From an uncultured Ruminococcus sp. (GTDB taxonomy: Bacteria; Bacillota; Clostridia; Oscillospirales; Ruminococcaceae), in the NCBI GenBank assembly GCA_964392175.1, contig CAYMOJ010000006.1, forward strand, positions 2,080 through 66,079: DNA of 64,000 nt, written 5' to 3'. A model generated the notes under the pieces. The model did not search any database. It saw only the letters and a list, made by a program, of their open reading frames with translations, and was not told the origin of the DNA. Positions 28,927-36,913 of this stretch are shown here, in pieces. The translations under genes were made by a program, and so were the position numbers. Position 1 is the first letter of the stretch. Each line of letters opens with the position of its first letter.

Positions 28927-29272
28927 ACCAATTGAGTCGCAGGACTGGTACGCAAAGGACGTTAATATATCTGGAGTACCATCCTCCGTGGATACTGTCG
29001 ATACAGTAATCTTAACTGCAAGTGCTTATACTTATGTTGCGGTTTGCACTAATATGACGGTTACAGCGAATCGTAAAACAACCATTTGGTGCTCTACACA
29101 TCAGATGCAAGAAGACGGACAAGATATCTGGAGTTTTGAGATCAACACACCGAATTGCCCTATTGATTGGAGAATCGTGAACAAAGGAACTAAAGTAACA
29201 TATCGTGTAAGCTGCGCAACCACTTCAACGAGCATTTTGGAATCATGGGGAACCATTTCTGTATATTCTTGA
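28841..29272 (+). CDS. Small secreted 4-Cys protein, cassette B (intact)
   Basis: GGAGG is 5 nt upstream of the ATG at 28841. Signal peptide MFKIKKVMAGIVAAATVAAGMGSFSVSA|EP. Mature part about 115 aa with 4 Cys. No family recognised. Confidence 0.65.
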   Translation: MFKIKKVMAGIVAAATVAAGMGSFSVSAEPIESQDWYAKDVNISGVPSSVDTVDTVILTASAYTYVAVCTNMTVTANRKTTIWCSTHQMQEDGQDIWSFEINTPNCPIDWRIVNKGTKVTYRVSCATTSTSILESWGTISVYS

Positions 29273-29279
29273 GTTCGCC

Positions 29280-29310
29280 AAAGGGTCTGTAATCGAGTCG
29301 CAGACCCTTT
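29280..29310 (+). other. Intercistronic hairpin, cassette B
   Basis: 10-bp perfect stem AAAGGGTCTG / CAGACCCTTT, no U-tract. Same position as the cassette A hairpin, but a different sequence. Confidence 0.6.
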
Positions 29311-29383
29311 GACATACTAAAACGCGATAGATTATCGCAACGTTTTATCTTTCCATCAGCACAAAATGAAAAAGGAGCATTTT

Positions 29384-30754
29384 ATGAAGCAAAAACGAAT
29401 TGCATTCATCATCTTGATGACCATGCTGCTCTCCGGATGCCAGTCCAATTCCTCCACGGGCGATTCTCAAATAGGTTCTCAAACAGATACAATGCAATCT
29501 ACGCCCGAATCATCGTTAGATTCTCAATCATCACAGCCGGAAGAGCCTGTGCCCGCCGAGGGACTGGTGCCACTGGATGAATTGACCACGGCTTTGGGCG
29601 ATGCCATACCAGCCAATCTGGATTGCTCGAAATGCGTGGTGCGCATTCCTGAATCTATGGAAGCTTTATATCAGCTGGAATATATTGTACCGGTGTATCA
29701 CGCCGAAAATCAGAATGAATCACTTTCAAAACCGGATTTTCTCACGTTCTACGATCAATTTCAGGAACAAATTGCCTTTTATTTTCCCGATGAAACCTTT
29801 GATGAAAGCCTTGTCCATGTTTCCAGCTATGATGAAGGCTTTATTGGTGTTGATGTAAAAGGAAAACCTGACGCGACATACCCCACATTGCAAAGTACAT
29901 ATGACAAAATGGCAGATGGTACATGGGATTATAATATGCTGGACTACCGTGCCGAAAACCGTGCGTACTTGTGGTGCAATAAGGCAGTTTCTTCTGTTCC
30001 CGTGCGTATGAACCGTGGTGTTACCATACAAACACTGGATGAAGAAGCCATATATGGTGTATTTGAAGTGGCTTACTTACAGGAATACCAAATAGAACAG
30101 ATCGTTGTTCATGATGACATGGAAGATACTGCATATCAATTGAAGAATGGTATGTGCAGCATCAAAGATGCAGTTGCCTTTTTTGAGGGCGCATATTATG
30201 ATTCTATGCCATATCGTTACGAAGATCCCAATGTTCGCTGGAGTGTTGATGAAGTAGGCATCTATCAACTCACAGATGATGTATACGGTTATGGTTTCTT
30301 CAGTCGTGTAACCTATTGCGGCGTACCATTTGATCGCTGTGATCCGGGCAGCTATGGCTCATTCTCCAACGGAAAGGAATATGACGCCACCACTTTTGCG
30401 GCATTTATGGTAGAAACAGATTGCATCGACTTCTGGGCAGGCTGTGAAGGTGATGCACAGTTCACACGTGTTGGCGATGCCATTACCGAGATCCTTCCGC
30501 TTTCACGTGCTGTGGAAATAACAGGGGAAAAACTAACTTCCGCAATCACTTTTGAAGTACAGAAAGCAGAACTGATTTATCAAGGAGAATACACACAATA
30601 TCAAATAGATGCCCCTCAGCGCTATGATACTGCGTATCGTTTTTGCAAACCTGTCTGGAAGCTGACCGCTTATAATCCCAATGATAGCACCGTATATAAT
30701 GTATATGTAGATGCTGTTAGCGGTGAAGTCTGCTATCGAAAGTATTTGGGGTAA
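29384..30754 (+). CDS. Lipoprotein, cassette B (intact), PepSY-like C-terminal motif
   Basis: AAGGAG is 6 nt upstream of the ATG at 29384. Lipobox MLLSGC, S/T/Q/E-rich linker, C-terminal WKLTAYNPNDSTVYNVYVDAVSGEV. Paralog of 25948-27311. Confidence 0.68.
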   Translation: MKQKRIAFIILMTMLLSGCQSNSSTGDSQIGSQTDTMQSTPESSLDSQSSQPEEPVPAEGLVPLDELTTALGDAIPANLDCSKCVVRIPESMEALYQLEYIVPVYHAENQNESLSKPDFLTFYDQFQEQIAFYFPDETFDESLVHVSSYDEGFIGVDVKGKPDATYPTLQSTYDKMADGTWDYNMLDYRAENRAYLWCNKAVSSVPVRMNRGVTIQTLDEEAIYGVFEVAYLQEYQIEQIVVHDDMEDTAYQLKNGMCSIKDAVAFFEGAYYDSMPYRYEDPNVRWSVDEVGIYQLTDDVYGYGFFSRVTYCGVPFDRCDPGSYGSFSNGKEYDATTFAAFMVETDCIDFWAGCEGDAQFTRVGDAITEILPLSRAVEITGEKLTSAITFEVQKAELIYQGEYTQYQIDAPQRYDTAYRFCKPVWKLTAYNPNDSTVYNVYVDAVSGEVCYRKYLG

Positions 30755-30839
30755 GGAAGCCGGGCGTGTTTTGATTGCATCTGAACCCGTGGACGTAAAA
30801 AAATGCCTTGAACAATCGCCCACACCACGATAATAAAGA

Positions 30840-30884
30840 AGAGGGTACAGCTTTCAAAAAGAAATCTGTACCCTCTATCGTTTT
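30840..30884 (+). terminator. Probable terminator of cassette B
   Basis: 11-bp stem AGAGGGTACAG / CTGTACCCTCT. TTTT follows 4 nt downstream. Confidence 0.5.
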
Positions 30885-30937
30885 ACATTCAGTTTGCATC
30901 GGAACTTTATCAACATCAACACCTGAGCGCACTAAAC

Positions 30938-30967
30938 AAAAAAAGCCACGCAATTGCGTGGCTTTTT
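30938..30967. terminator. Bidirectional terminator (tRNA-Arg on minus; read-through from cassette B on plus)
   Basis: Palindromic stem GCCACGC-AATT-GCGTGGC flanked by A7 (30938-30944) and T5 (30963-30967). Confidence 0.7.
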
Positions 30968-30992
30968 CCATGCGATGAATTTCATCACATGA

Positions 30993-31066
30993 TGCGCCGG
31001 AAGGGATTCGAACCCCCGACCTACTGGTTCGTAGCCAGTCACTCTATCCAACTGAGCTACCGGCGC
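30993..31066 (-). tRNA. tRNA-Arg (anticodon ACG)
   Basis: Manual cloverleaf: GCGCCGG/TA/GCTC-AGTTGGATA-GAGT/G/ACTGG-CTACGAA-CCAGT/AGGTC/GGGGG-TTCGAAT-CCCTT/CCGGCGC/A. 74 nt, CCA not encoded. Confidence 0.9.
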
Positions 31067-31107
31067 ATATCGTCTCGGCTTGAGGATTTCTCCCTCAAGC
31101 CTCAATT

Positions 31108-31136
31108 ATTATAGCACAACCCGTCTGGTTTGTCAA
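31108..31136 (-). promoter_or_regulatory. Consensus promoter of tRNA-Arg
   Basis: On the minus strand: TTGACA (31136-31131), 17 nt, TATAAT (31113-31108). A 9-bp leader hairpin GGCTTGAGG/CCTCAAGCC (31077-31101) precedes the tRNA. Confidence 0.7.
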
Positions 31137-31204
31137 GCCTTTTTTTGAAAAAATTCCAAAAAGTTAGAAGTTCCTGAAGGTTTCTCGCTTTTCAAGAGAA
31201 AAAT

Positions 31205-31268
31205 GTGACAATCCGACAAGAAAAGTGTACAATAAGCACTATACATTTTTTCCGTTTTATGATACAAT
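31205..31268 (+). promoter_or_regulatory. Two candidate tandem promoters for the pectinesterase gene
   Basis: GTGACA-17 nt-TACAAT (31205-31233), and TG-extended TACAAT at 31263-31268. A G8 tract (31299-31306) lies in the resulting 5' UTR. Confidence 0.4.
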
Positions 31269-31382
31269 AGCGTTAGAATGGTAATTGTTCCATTTTTCGG
31301 GGGGGGTAACGACAGCACTGATCTATAAAAACAAAGAAACCGTCTGCCGTTCCATTTTTGATACGAGGAGGATCTATCCACA

Positions 31383-33242
31383 ATGTCGAAATCCAATATT
31401 TTGCAGCGCGGTGTCGCTGCTGCCATCAGTGCGATGCTTTTTTGCATCTCGCTACCGAATTTATCCGCACCTCTTTCAGTGACTGCCGCAAGCACGACCC
31501 TGACCGTTGGCGGTGACGGAACCTACAAAACCGTTACAGAAGCCGTCAATGCTGCGGCTGCTATGAATCCGCAGAGCGAAAGTGATCGCATCACCATCGC
31601 CATTGCGCCCGGCACATACCGCGAACAGGTCATCATCAACACGCCGTATCTTTCCTTCATCAACAGCAATCCCGGCGGCGGTGATGTACTGCTGACATGG
31701 TATTACGGCATCGGCTACCGGTACTACTCCGCAGATGACAACGGCTACTACAATGCCACAAATGCTGCATTCAAATCTACCAAGAACATTGCTGCCCGTT
31801 GGGGTACTGCTGTGCGGATCAACAGCAAGGCAAAATATTTTCGCGCTGAAAATATTATATTTGAAAACAGCTTCAACCGTTATATGACAAGTGAAGAAAT
31901 CGCTGACGGTGTAGAGCCTACAGGCGAAACGCTTACTGTAAACCGCACTTCAGACTTGGATGTGACAGCAAAGTCAAGCACCGAACGTGCGGCTGCTTGC
32001 TGCGTAGAAGCGGATTACGCCGAATTCTATCAATGCGAATTTTTAAGCAGTCAGGATACATTATATACTGCAACACCTGCTTACTTCAAGGAATGCAAGA
32101 TTCAAGGCAACACAGACTACATTTTCGGTTCTGGCGATATTGTATTTGATGAATGCGAGCTTTGTTTTGGTGGATACTCCGATAAAGCGGTTGGCGGCTA
32201 CATCACAGCATCCAGAGAGCAGACCCTCGGCTATCTGTTCTGGAACTGCACCGTTACAGCAAATCCCGATTTAACTGTTGGATCAGGATATTTTGGTCGT
32301 CCATGGCGGGATACCGCGCACGTGCTGTTTTACAACACAAAACTGCAATACGAAAGCATCATTGCCGATGCAGGCTGGCACAGTATGAGTGGCGTTGACC
32401 CATCTCAAGCAACTTTCCGCGAATATCACACGCAAACCATCAGCGGCGATAGCGTGAATACCGGCAGTCGTACCAGTGGCACGGTGCTTTCCTCCTGCGA
32501 CGCCACCAGAGAGCAGTATTTGCAAAGCTGGATACCATACTATTATAACTACACAGCCCCGCCAATCCTGATCAATGGTGCCATGATATCCGAAATCGCC
32601 ATCAATGACAGAGAAAATGGCTACGACTGGCACATCGCACAGGATCTTGCTGTGGGCAGTGCTGTATTTGGAGACCGCGATTTCACTTACACCGCCGTTC
32701 CTGAAATGCTCCTTGGTGCAGAATATGTACAGACCGCCTGCGATTCCAAAACGTTTTCAGGGGAACTGGCTACCTTAACTGTCACGGAAAACACTACCCT
32801 CTATGTTGCATATGATACTCGTCTGGGCAGTGCGCCTGCATGGCTGAACAGCTGGGAAGATACAGGCATGACGCTTTCCACCAGCAATAGCGTGACATTT
32901 GCACTGATGGCAAAATCAGTAACAGCCGGTGAAACCATTTTCCTCGGTGATAACACCACCGGATCCGGCGTCATTGGTTACACGATATTTGCGCAATCCG
33001 AAGTCATTGAAACAACCACTACCACTACCACTACATCGCCCATCGTTGCCACCCTGCTTGGCGATGTCAACTGCGATGGTTTTGTAAAGGTTGGAGATGT
33101 GATTTTACTGAATCGGATGCTCTCTGAAGATCCCACAGTCATGATCTCTGAAATCGGTATGTGCAATGCTGATTTTGATCAGGTCGATGGTGTTACCTCC
33201 AATGACGCAACAGCCATTCTCAAACAGCTTGCCGGCAAGTAA
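31383..33242 (+). CDS. Secreted pectinesterase (CE8) with a shared ~130-aa module, poly-Thr linker and dockerin
   Basis: Signal peptide. GTYREQV, QDTLY, DYIFG and GRPW CE8 motifs. C-terminal module almost identical to that of the pectate lyase. ETTTTTTTTS linker. GDVNCDGFVKVGDVILLNRML...TSNDATAILKQL dockerin. Confidence 0.85.
   Translation: MSKSNILQRGVAAAISAMLFCISLPNLSAPLSVTAASTTLTVGGDGTYKTVTEAVNAAAAMNPQSESDRITIAIAPGTYREQVIINTPYLSFINSNPGGGDVLLTWYYGIGYRYYSADDNGYYNATNAAFKSTKNIAARWGTAVRINSKAKYFRAENIIFENSFNRYMTSEEIADGVEPTGETLTVNRTSDLDVTAKSSTERAAACCVEADYAEFYQCEFLSSQDTLYTATPAYFKECKIQGNTDYIFGSGDIVFDECELCFGGYSDKAVGGYITASREQTLGYLFWNCTVTANPDLTVGSGYFGRPWRDTAHVLFYNTKLQYESIIADAGWHSMSGVDPSQATFREYHTQTISGDSVNTGSRTSGTVLSSCDATREQYLQSWIPYYYNYTAPPILINGAMISEIAINDRENGYDWHIAQDLAVGSAVFGDRDFTYTAVPEMLLGAEYVQTACDSKTFSGELATLTVTENTTLYVAYDTRLGSAPAWLNSWEDTGMTLSTSNSVTFALMAKSVTAGETIFLGDNTTGSGVIGYTIFAQSEVIETTTTTTTTSPIVATLLGDVNCDGFVKVGDVILLNRMLSEDPTVMISEIGMCNADFDQVDGVTSNDATAILKQLAGK
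32568..33242 (+). repeat. Inverted-repeat arm: shared module + dockerin coding region (partner 23275-23943)
   Basis: See the partner arm. The core 32634-32750 is near-identical to the reverse complement of 23761-23877. Confidence 0.8.
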
Positions 33243-33251
33243 ATGGCACCT

Positions 33252-33290
33252 GTATCACGCTTCGCACTGCGCGAGGCGTGATACTTTTAT
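33252..33290 (+). terminator. Intrinsic terminator of the pectinesterase gene
   Basis: 9-bp stem GTATCACGC / GCGTGATAC followed by TTTTAT. Confidence 0.65.
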
Positions 33291-33406
33291 ATTCGCTTGG
33301 CAATCGTTTCCGCCGGGAAGCCATGGGCATTTCCAACAAAGAACAGAACAATTTGCATCAACTTTCTGTAAAAGCATCCACATTGCAAAAAAAGGCTTTT
33401 ACCCCC

Positions 33407-33434
33407 TTGACAAAATCCGGAAAAGTAGTAAAAT
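33407..33434 (+). promoter_or_regulatory. Candidate promoter of pfkA
   Basis: TTGACA (33407-33412), 16 nt, TAAAAT (33429-33434). Confidence 0.5.
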
Positions 33435-33508
33435 AGTATGTAGCAAGCTTTGCGGCGTGAAAAATACACGCTGCTGCATATTTCCATGATCAGGAGGAAC
33501 GAAACAAA

Positions 33509-34468
33509 ATGAAAAGAATTGGTGTGTTGACCAGCGGCGGCGATGCGCCCGGCATGAACGCTGCGATCCGAGCGGTAACTCGTACTGCACTGAATAAAGG
33601 CATGGAGGTCGTCGGTATCCGCAGAGGCTATAATGGTCTGATCAACGGCGATGTATTTGATATGAATGTCCGTTCCGTATCGTCTATCATCCAACGCGGA
33701 GGCACCCTGCTGTTTACGGCGCGCTGCCCTGAATTCAAGACCGAAGAAGGTCTGCAAAAGGCTGTAGCTACCTGTAAGGAGATGGGCATCGAAGGTCTGG
33801 TAGCCATCGGTGGTGATGGATCTTACCGCGGTGCAGGCGATCTGTCCGCAAGAGGCATCCCCTGTATCGGTATTCCGGGCACGATCGATAACGATATCTC
33901 CAGCACCGATTATACCATCGGCTACGATACCGCTATGAATACCGTTATGCAGTTGGTAGACAAACTCCGCGATACCGCACACAGCCATGACCGCTGCTCT
34001 GTGGTAGAGGTCATGGGTCGTCACGCAGGATATATTGCCTTGAATACAGCCGTTGCCTGCGGTGCTACCGAGGTGCTGTGCCCTGAGCGTCCCTACGATA
34101 TGAATGAGGTGGTCGCAAAGTTGGAGCGTACCCGCAAGACCGGTAAGCAAAACTTCATCATCGTTGTGGCTGAAGGCATCGGTAACTCCAACGAGATCGC
34201 AAAATTCATTGAGGAAAAAACCGGCATTGAATCCCGCGCAACCATTTTGGGCCATGTGCAACGTGGCGGTTCGCCTACCGTACGCGACCGTGTTCTGGCA
34301 AGCCAGATGGGTTATTATGCCGTCAACCTGTTGGAGCAGGGCATCGGCAATCGTGTCATTGGTATCCGTGGTAACAAGTTCGTTGACTACGATATCCATG
34401 AGGCACTGCAAATGGTCAAGCCTTTCGAGGATGATCTGTACGATATCTCCGGTATCATCAGCATCTGA
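33509..34468 (+). CDS. pfkA: ATP-dependent 6-phosphofructokinase
   Basis: MKRIGVLTSGGDAPGMNAAIRAV, GGDGS, PGTIDND and MGR motifs; 319 aa. Confidence 0.95.
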   Translation: MKRIGVLTSGGDAPGMNAAIRAVTRTALNKGMEVVGIRRGYNGLINGDVFDMNVRSVSSIIQRGGTLLFTARCPEFKTEEGLQKAVATCKEMGIEGLVAIGGDGSYRGAGDLSARGIPCIGIPGTIDNDISSTDYTIGYDTAMNTVMQLVDKLRDTAHSHDRCSVVEVMGRHAGYIALNTAVACGATEVLCPERPYDMNEVVAKLERTRKTGKQNFIIVVAEGIGNSNEIAKFIEEKTGIESRATILGHVQRGGSPTVRDRVLASQMGYYAVNLLEQGIGNRVIGIRGNKFVDYDIHEALQMVKPFEDDLYDISGIISI

Positions 34469-34509
34469 TTTTACCCCATTTCCACAATCCGTTTACTCTG
34501 TTTTCAAAG

Positions 34510-34620
34510 CTTCAGAGTAGATAGCCATGCGTAAAGTGCCCTCCGGACGGGGAGTTGCCGGAAGGACGAAAAGTGTGAGGCGTCACGCTTGCGGTTTGGC
34601 TGTCGCATCCCGCTGACGCA
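34510..34620 (+). promoter_or_regulatory. THF (tetrahydrofolate) riboswitch aptamer
   Basis: AGAGUAG...GCGUAAAGUG...CCGGACGGGGAGUUGCCGGAAGGACGAAA...GCAUCCCGCUGA matches my recollection of the THF-I consensus. It lies directly upstream of a folT-like ECF S-component gene. Confidence 0.72.
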
Positions 34621-34634
34621 TAAAGTGAGCACTC

Positions 34635-34672
34635 ACACTCCTTTGTGCATTAGCCAATGTTCAAAGGAGTGT
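34635..34672 (+). promoter_or_regulatory. Riboswitch expression platform: SD-sequestering hairpin
   Basis: Perfect 11-bp stem ACACTCCTTTG (34635-34645) / CAAAGGAGTGT (34662-34672). The right arm contains the AAGGAG SD, 8 nt before the ATG at 34680. Confidence 0.65.
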
Positions 34673-34679
34673 ATTTGTT

Positions 34680-35300
34680 ATGAAAAAACTTTCTGATGCG
34701 TTTCGCTGCTCCCTCAAGGAGCTGACCGATTTGCGCTGCATTCTCGTGACAGGTCTACTGGTGGCACTTTCTATGATCATAGAATCTCAAACGATCAACC
34801 TCGGGTTCACCAAGATCAACTTTGCTTTTCTTGCCATTGCCGCCATTGGTATGCTGTATGGCCCGATAGTGGGCTTTGCCGCAGGCGCGATTTGCGATAT
34901 TGTGGGCTATATCGCCTACCCCGACGGTGGCTTTTTGCCGTTGTATGTCCTTATCGGTGCTGCACAAGGTCTACTGTATGGCATGATCGCCTACCACAGA
35001 TTTGCCACACGACCGTTGCATATCACCGTGCGCCAAAAACAGTATGACCTTGCAATCATCGGCAGATTGTTCATCGCGCGCATCCTGGATGTGCTTCTCA
35101 TCAATTTGATCTGCAATACGGCAGCCAACTATCACTACGGATTCCTTGCTTCGGAATCCTCATTGATCGTCGCCATTTACGGACGCATCGCCAAAAATAT
35201 CATTGAATTACCTGTGGATCTGCTGCTGATGGCTTTGATTTTACCGGCTGTGCTGAAGGCATACAGCATTGTGTTTCTCAAAAGAAGAGGCACCGCCTGA
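34680..35300 (+). CDS. folT: Folate-family ECF transporter S component
   Basis: 206 aa, about 6 TM. FAFLAIAAIGMLYGPIVGFAAGAICDIVGY region typical of ECF S components. THF riboswitch upstream. Confidence 0.75.
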   Translation: MKKLSDAFRCSLKELTDLRCILVTGLLVALSMIIESQTINLGFTKINFAFLAIAAIGMLYGPIVGFAAGAICDIVGYIAYPDGGFLPLYVLIGAAQGLLYGMIAYHRFATRPLHITVRQKQYDLAIIGRLFIARILDVLLINLICNTAANYHYGFLASESSLIVAIYGRIAKNIIELPVDLLLMALILPAVLKAYSIVFLKRRGTA

Positions 35301-35328
35301 AGTAGATCCACCGAAAGGATATGTGATC

Positions 35329-36150
35329 ATGAAAATCGGTTTTCTCGGCGCAGGCAATATGGGTTTTGCCATGCTACAGGGCATTGTAAGCTCTGCACTG
35401 TGTAAAAATGGCACCGTCACGGAACTGCTGGCCTATGATTCCAATCCCGAAAAGCACGTCGCACTGCAAGCCATCGGCGTAACCGTCTGCGCGGATGCAC
35501 AAGCTCTGGCAGATGCGGCCGATATGTTGGTATTAGCAGTCAAGCCGCAGGTGCTGGGCACGGCTCTGGATTCCATTACCATTCGCGCGGAACAAATCGT
35601 GGTTTCCATCTGCGCAGGAATTACAGCAGATTTTATCCGCAACCACACCATCCCCGATGCAAGAGTCATTCTGGTCATGCCCAATACGCCCCTGATGCTC
35701 GGTGAAGGCGCATCTGCGCTGGCACGGTGTAAGGGTATTACCGATGACGAATTTGCACTGGTCATGGAAATGTTCTCTGTTTGCGGTATCGCTGAGGAAA
35801 TTCCCGAAAACAAGATGAAGGAGATCATCGCCATCAACGGCAGTAGCCCCGCTTTTCTGTACTATTATGCAAAAGGCTTTCTGGATTACGCTGCCTCTGA
35901 GGGCATTGCTTCCGATGTGGCACTGCGCTTGTTTGCACAATCCATGATCGGATCCGCAAAGATGCTGACAGATTCAGGTTACTCTGTCGAAAAGCTCATT
36001 CAAATGGTTTCTTCTCCCGGCGGCACCACACTAGCCGGCCTTGACCGCCTATGCGAAGGCGAATTGCTCGACACCGTCCACCGTTGCTGCGACAGCTGCA
36101 CCAACCGCGCTTATGCCCTTGCCGGTGAGGAGCGTCCCCAACCGAAATAA
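35329..36150 (+). CDS. proC: Pyrroline-5-carboxylate reductase
   Basis: IGFLGAGNMG Rossmann start and SSPGGTTLAG motif. Start at 35329. Confidence 0.9.
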   Translation: MKIGFLGAGNMGFAMLQGIVSSALCKNGTVTELLAYDSNPEKHVALQAIGVTVCADAQALADAADMLVLAVKPQVLGTALDSITIRAEQIVVSICAGITADFIRNHTIPDARVILVMPNTPLMLGEGASALARCKGITDDEFALVMEMFSVCGIAEEIPENKMKEIIAINGSSPAFLYYYAKGFLDYAASEGIASDVALRLFAQSMIGSAKMLTDSGYSVEKLIQMVSSPGGTTLAGLDRLCEGELLDTVHRCCDSCTNRAYALAGEERPQPK

Positions 36151-36172
36151 TGACATCTTCGATTAGACATCA

Positions 36173-36203
36173 CGGCAGGTTACCCATACCTGCCGGATTT
36201 GTT
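36173..36203 (+). terminator. Possible terminator after proC
   Basis: 8-bp stem CGGCAGGT / ACCTGCCG followed by GATTTGTTG (weak U-tract). Confidence 0.45.
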
Positions 36204-36250
36204 GCATAACTTGTCTTCCCCCTGCATATGATGTTGTGGAGGGATATGAT

Positions 36251-36898
36251 ATGGCATCTTTACAGCGTGTTTTTTTCCGCACGATGCACTGCCGTACAGG
36301 CAGTTTGCACATGGATATTGTTACGGTTTCTCAGCGCACCAAGCGGCTTATGATGATGCTTGTACTGCTTGGAGTAGGCATTGGCACAATGGTTTTTTAC
36401 CACTACCCTGCCGCCGCCGATTTGCTTGTACTAGATCACGGATTTGCGCCCGACCCACAAGCACAAACATTGTGGGATATCTTTGCAGCAAGCTTATTTC
36501 CATCAGTGGTAGTCATGGCGTTGATGTTACTAAGTGCATTTTCCGCTATCGGACAACCTGCCACATTGGCATTGTTGCTTAGCCATGGCTGTGCCATCGG
36601 CATCGCTGTCGCATCACAATTTTTGACAACAGGCTTCCTACAGGGCTGCCTTTACGCGGCATTATGCATTCTGCCTCACGGATTCTTCACTGCGTTGCTG
36701 CTGGCGATATCTGCCCGTGATGCATTGCAGCTTTCAGCGCAGCAACTCGCCTATTTGCTACACGGCAACACAGAATCCGATATCCACATTGCCACGCGCA
36801 GATGCATCCTGCATTTTCTCGGCAGAATCGCTTTGCTGCCACTGGGAGCAATGACAGAAACACTGGTCTTCTGGTTGCTCACTCAGAATCGTTCATAA
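36251..36898 (+). CDS. Integral membrane protein, SpoIIM/DUF95-like
   Basis: About 5 TM helices. The LCILPHGFF motif resembles the DUF95/SpoIIM LPHG signature. The ATG at 36251 is 7 nt after GGAGGG. Confidence 0.4.
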   Translation: MASLQRVFFRTMHCRTGSLHMDIVTVSQRTKRLMMMLVLLGVGIGTMVFYHYPAAADLLVLDHGFAPDPQAQTLWDIFAASLFPSVVVMALMLLSAFSAIGQPATLALLLSHGCAIGIAVASQFLTTGFLQGCLYAALCILPHGFFTALLLAISARDALQLSAQQLAYLLHGNTESDIHIATRRCILHFLGRIALLPLGAMTETLVFWLLTQNRS

Positions 36899-36913
36899 GG
36901 AGTCGTTCATTTC

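Noticed and set aside
30993-31066. tRNA-Arg as an att site of an integrated element
   Set aside because: I found no second copy of the tRNA 3' half (…GGTTCGAATCCCTTCCGGCGCA) by eye in 25.0-31.4 kb, and no integrase or recombinase gene. Only the weaker 'accessory islet' statement is retained.
33010-33040. ACCACT-type short tandem repeats
   Set aside because: They are fully explained as the coding sequence of the poly-Thr linker (ETTTTTTTTS) between the binding module and the dockerin.
33287-34411. 374-aa ORF on the minus strand, antisense to pfkA
   Set aside because: It is a shadow ORF of a highly conserved glycolytic gene, with no motifs or RBS. The same reasoning applies to other long antisense ORFs, e.g. 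54715-55650 (hisD), 47292-48008 (ahcY), 27674-28474 (DUF5131), 14860-15630 (plsX) and 57716-58423 (polC).
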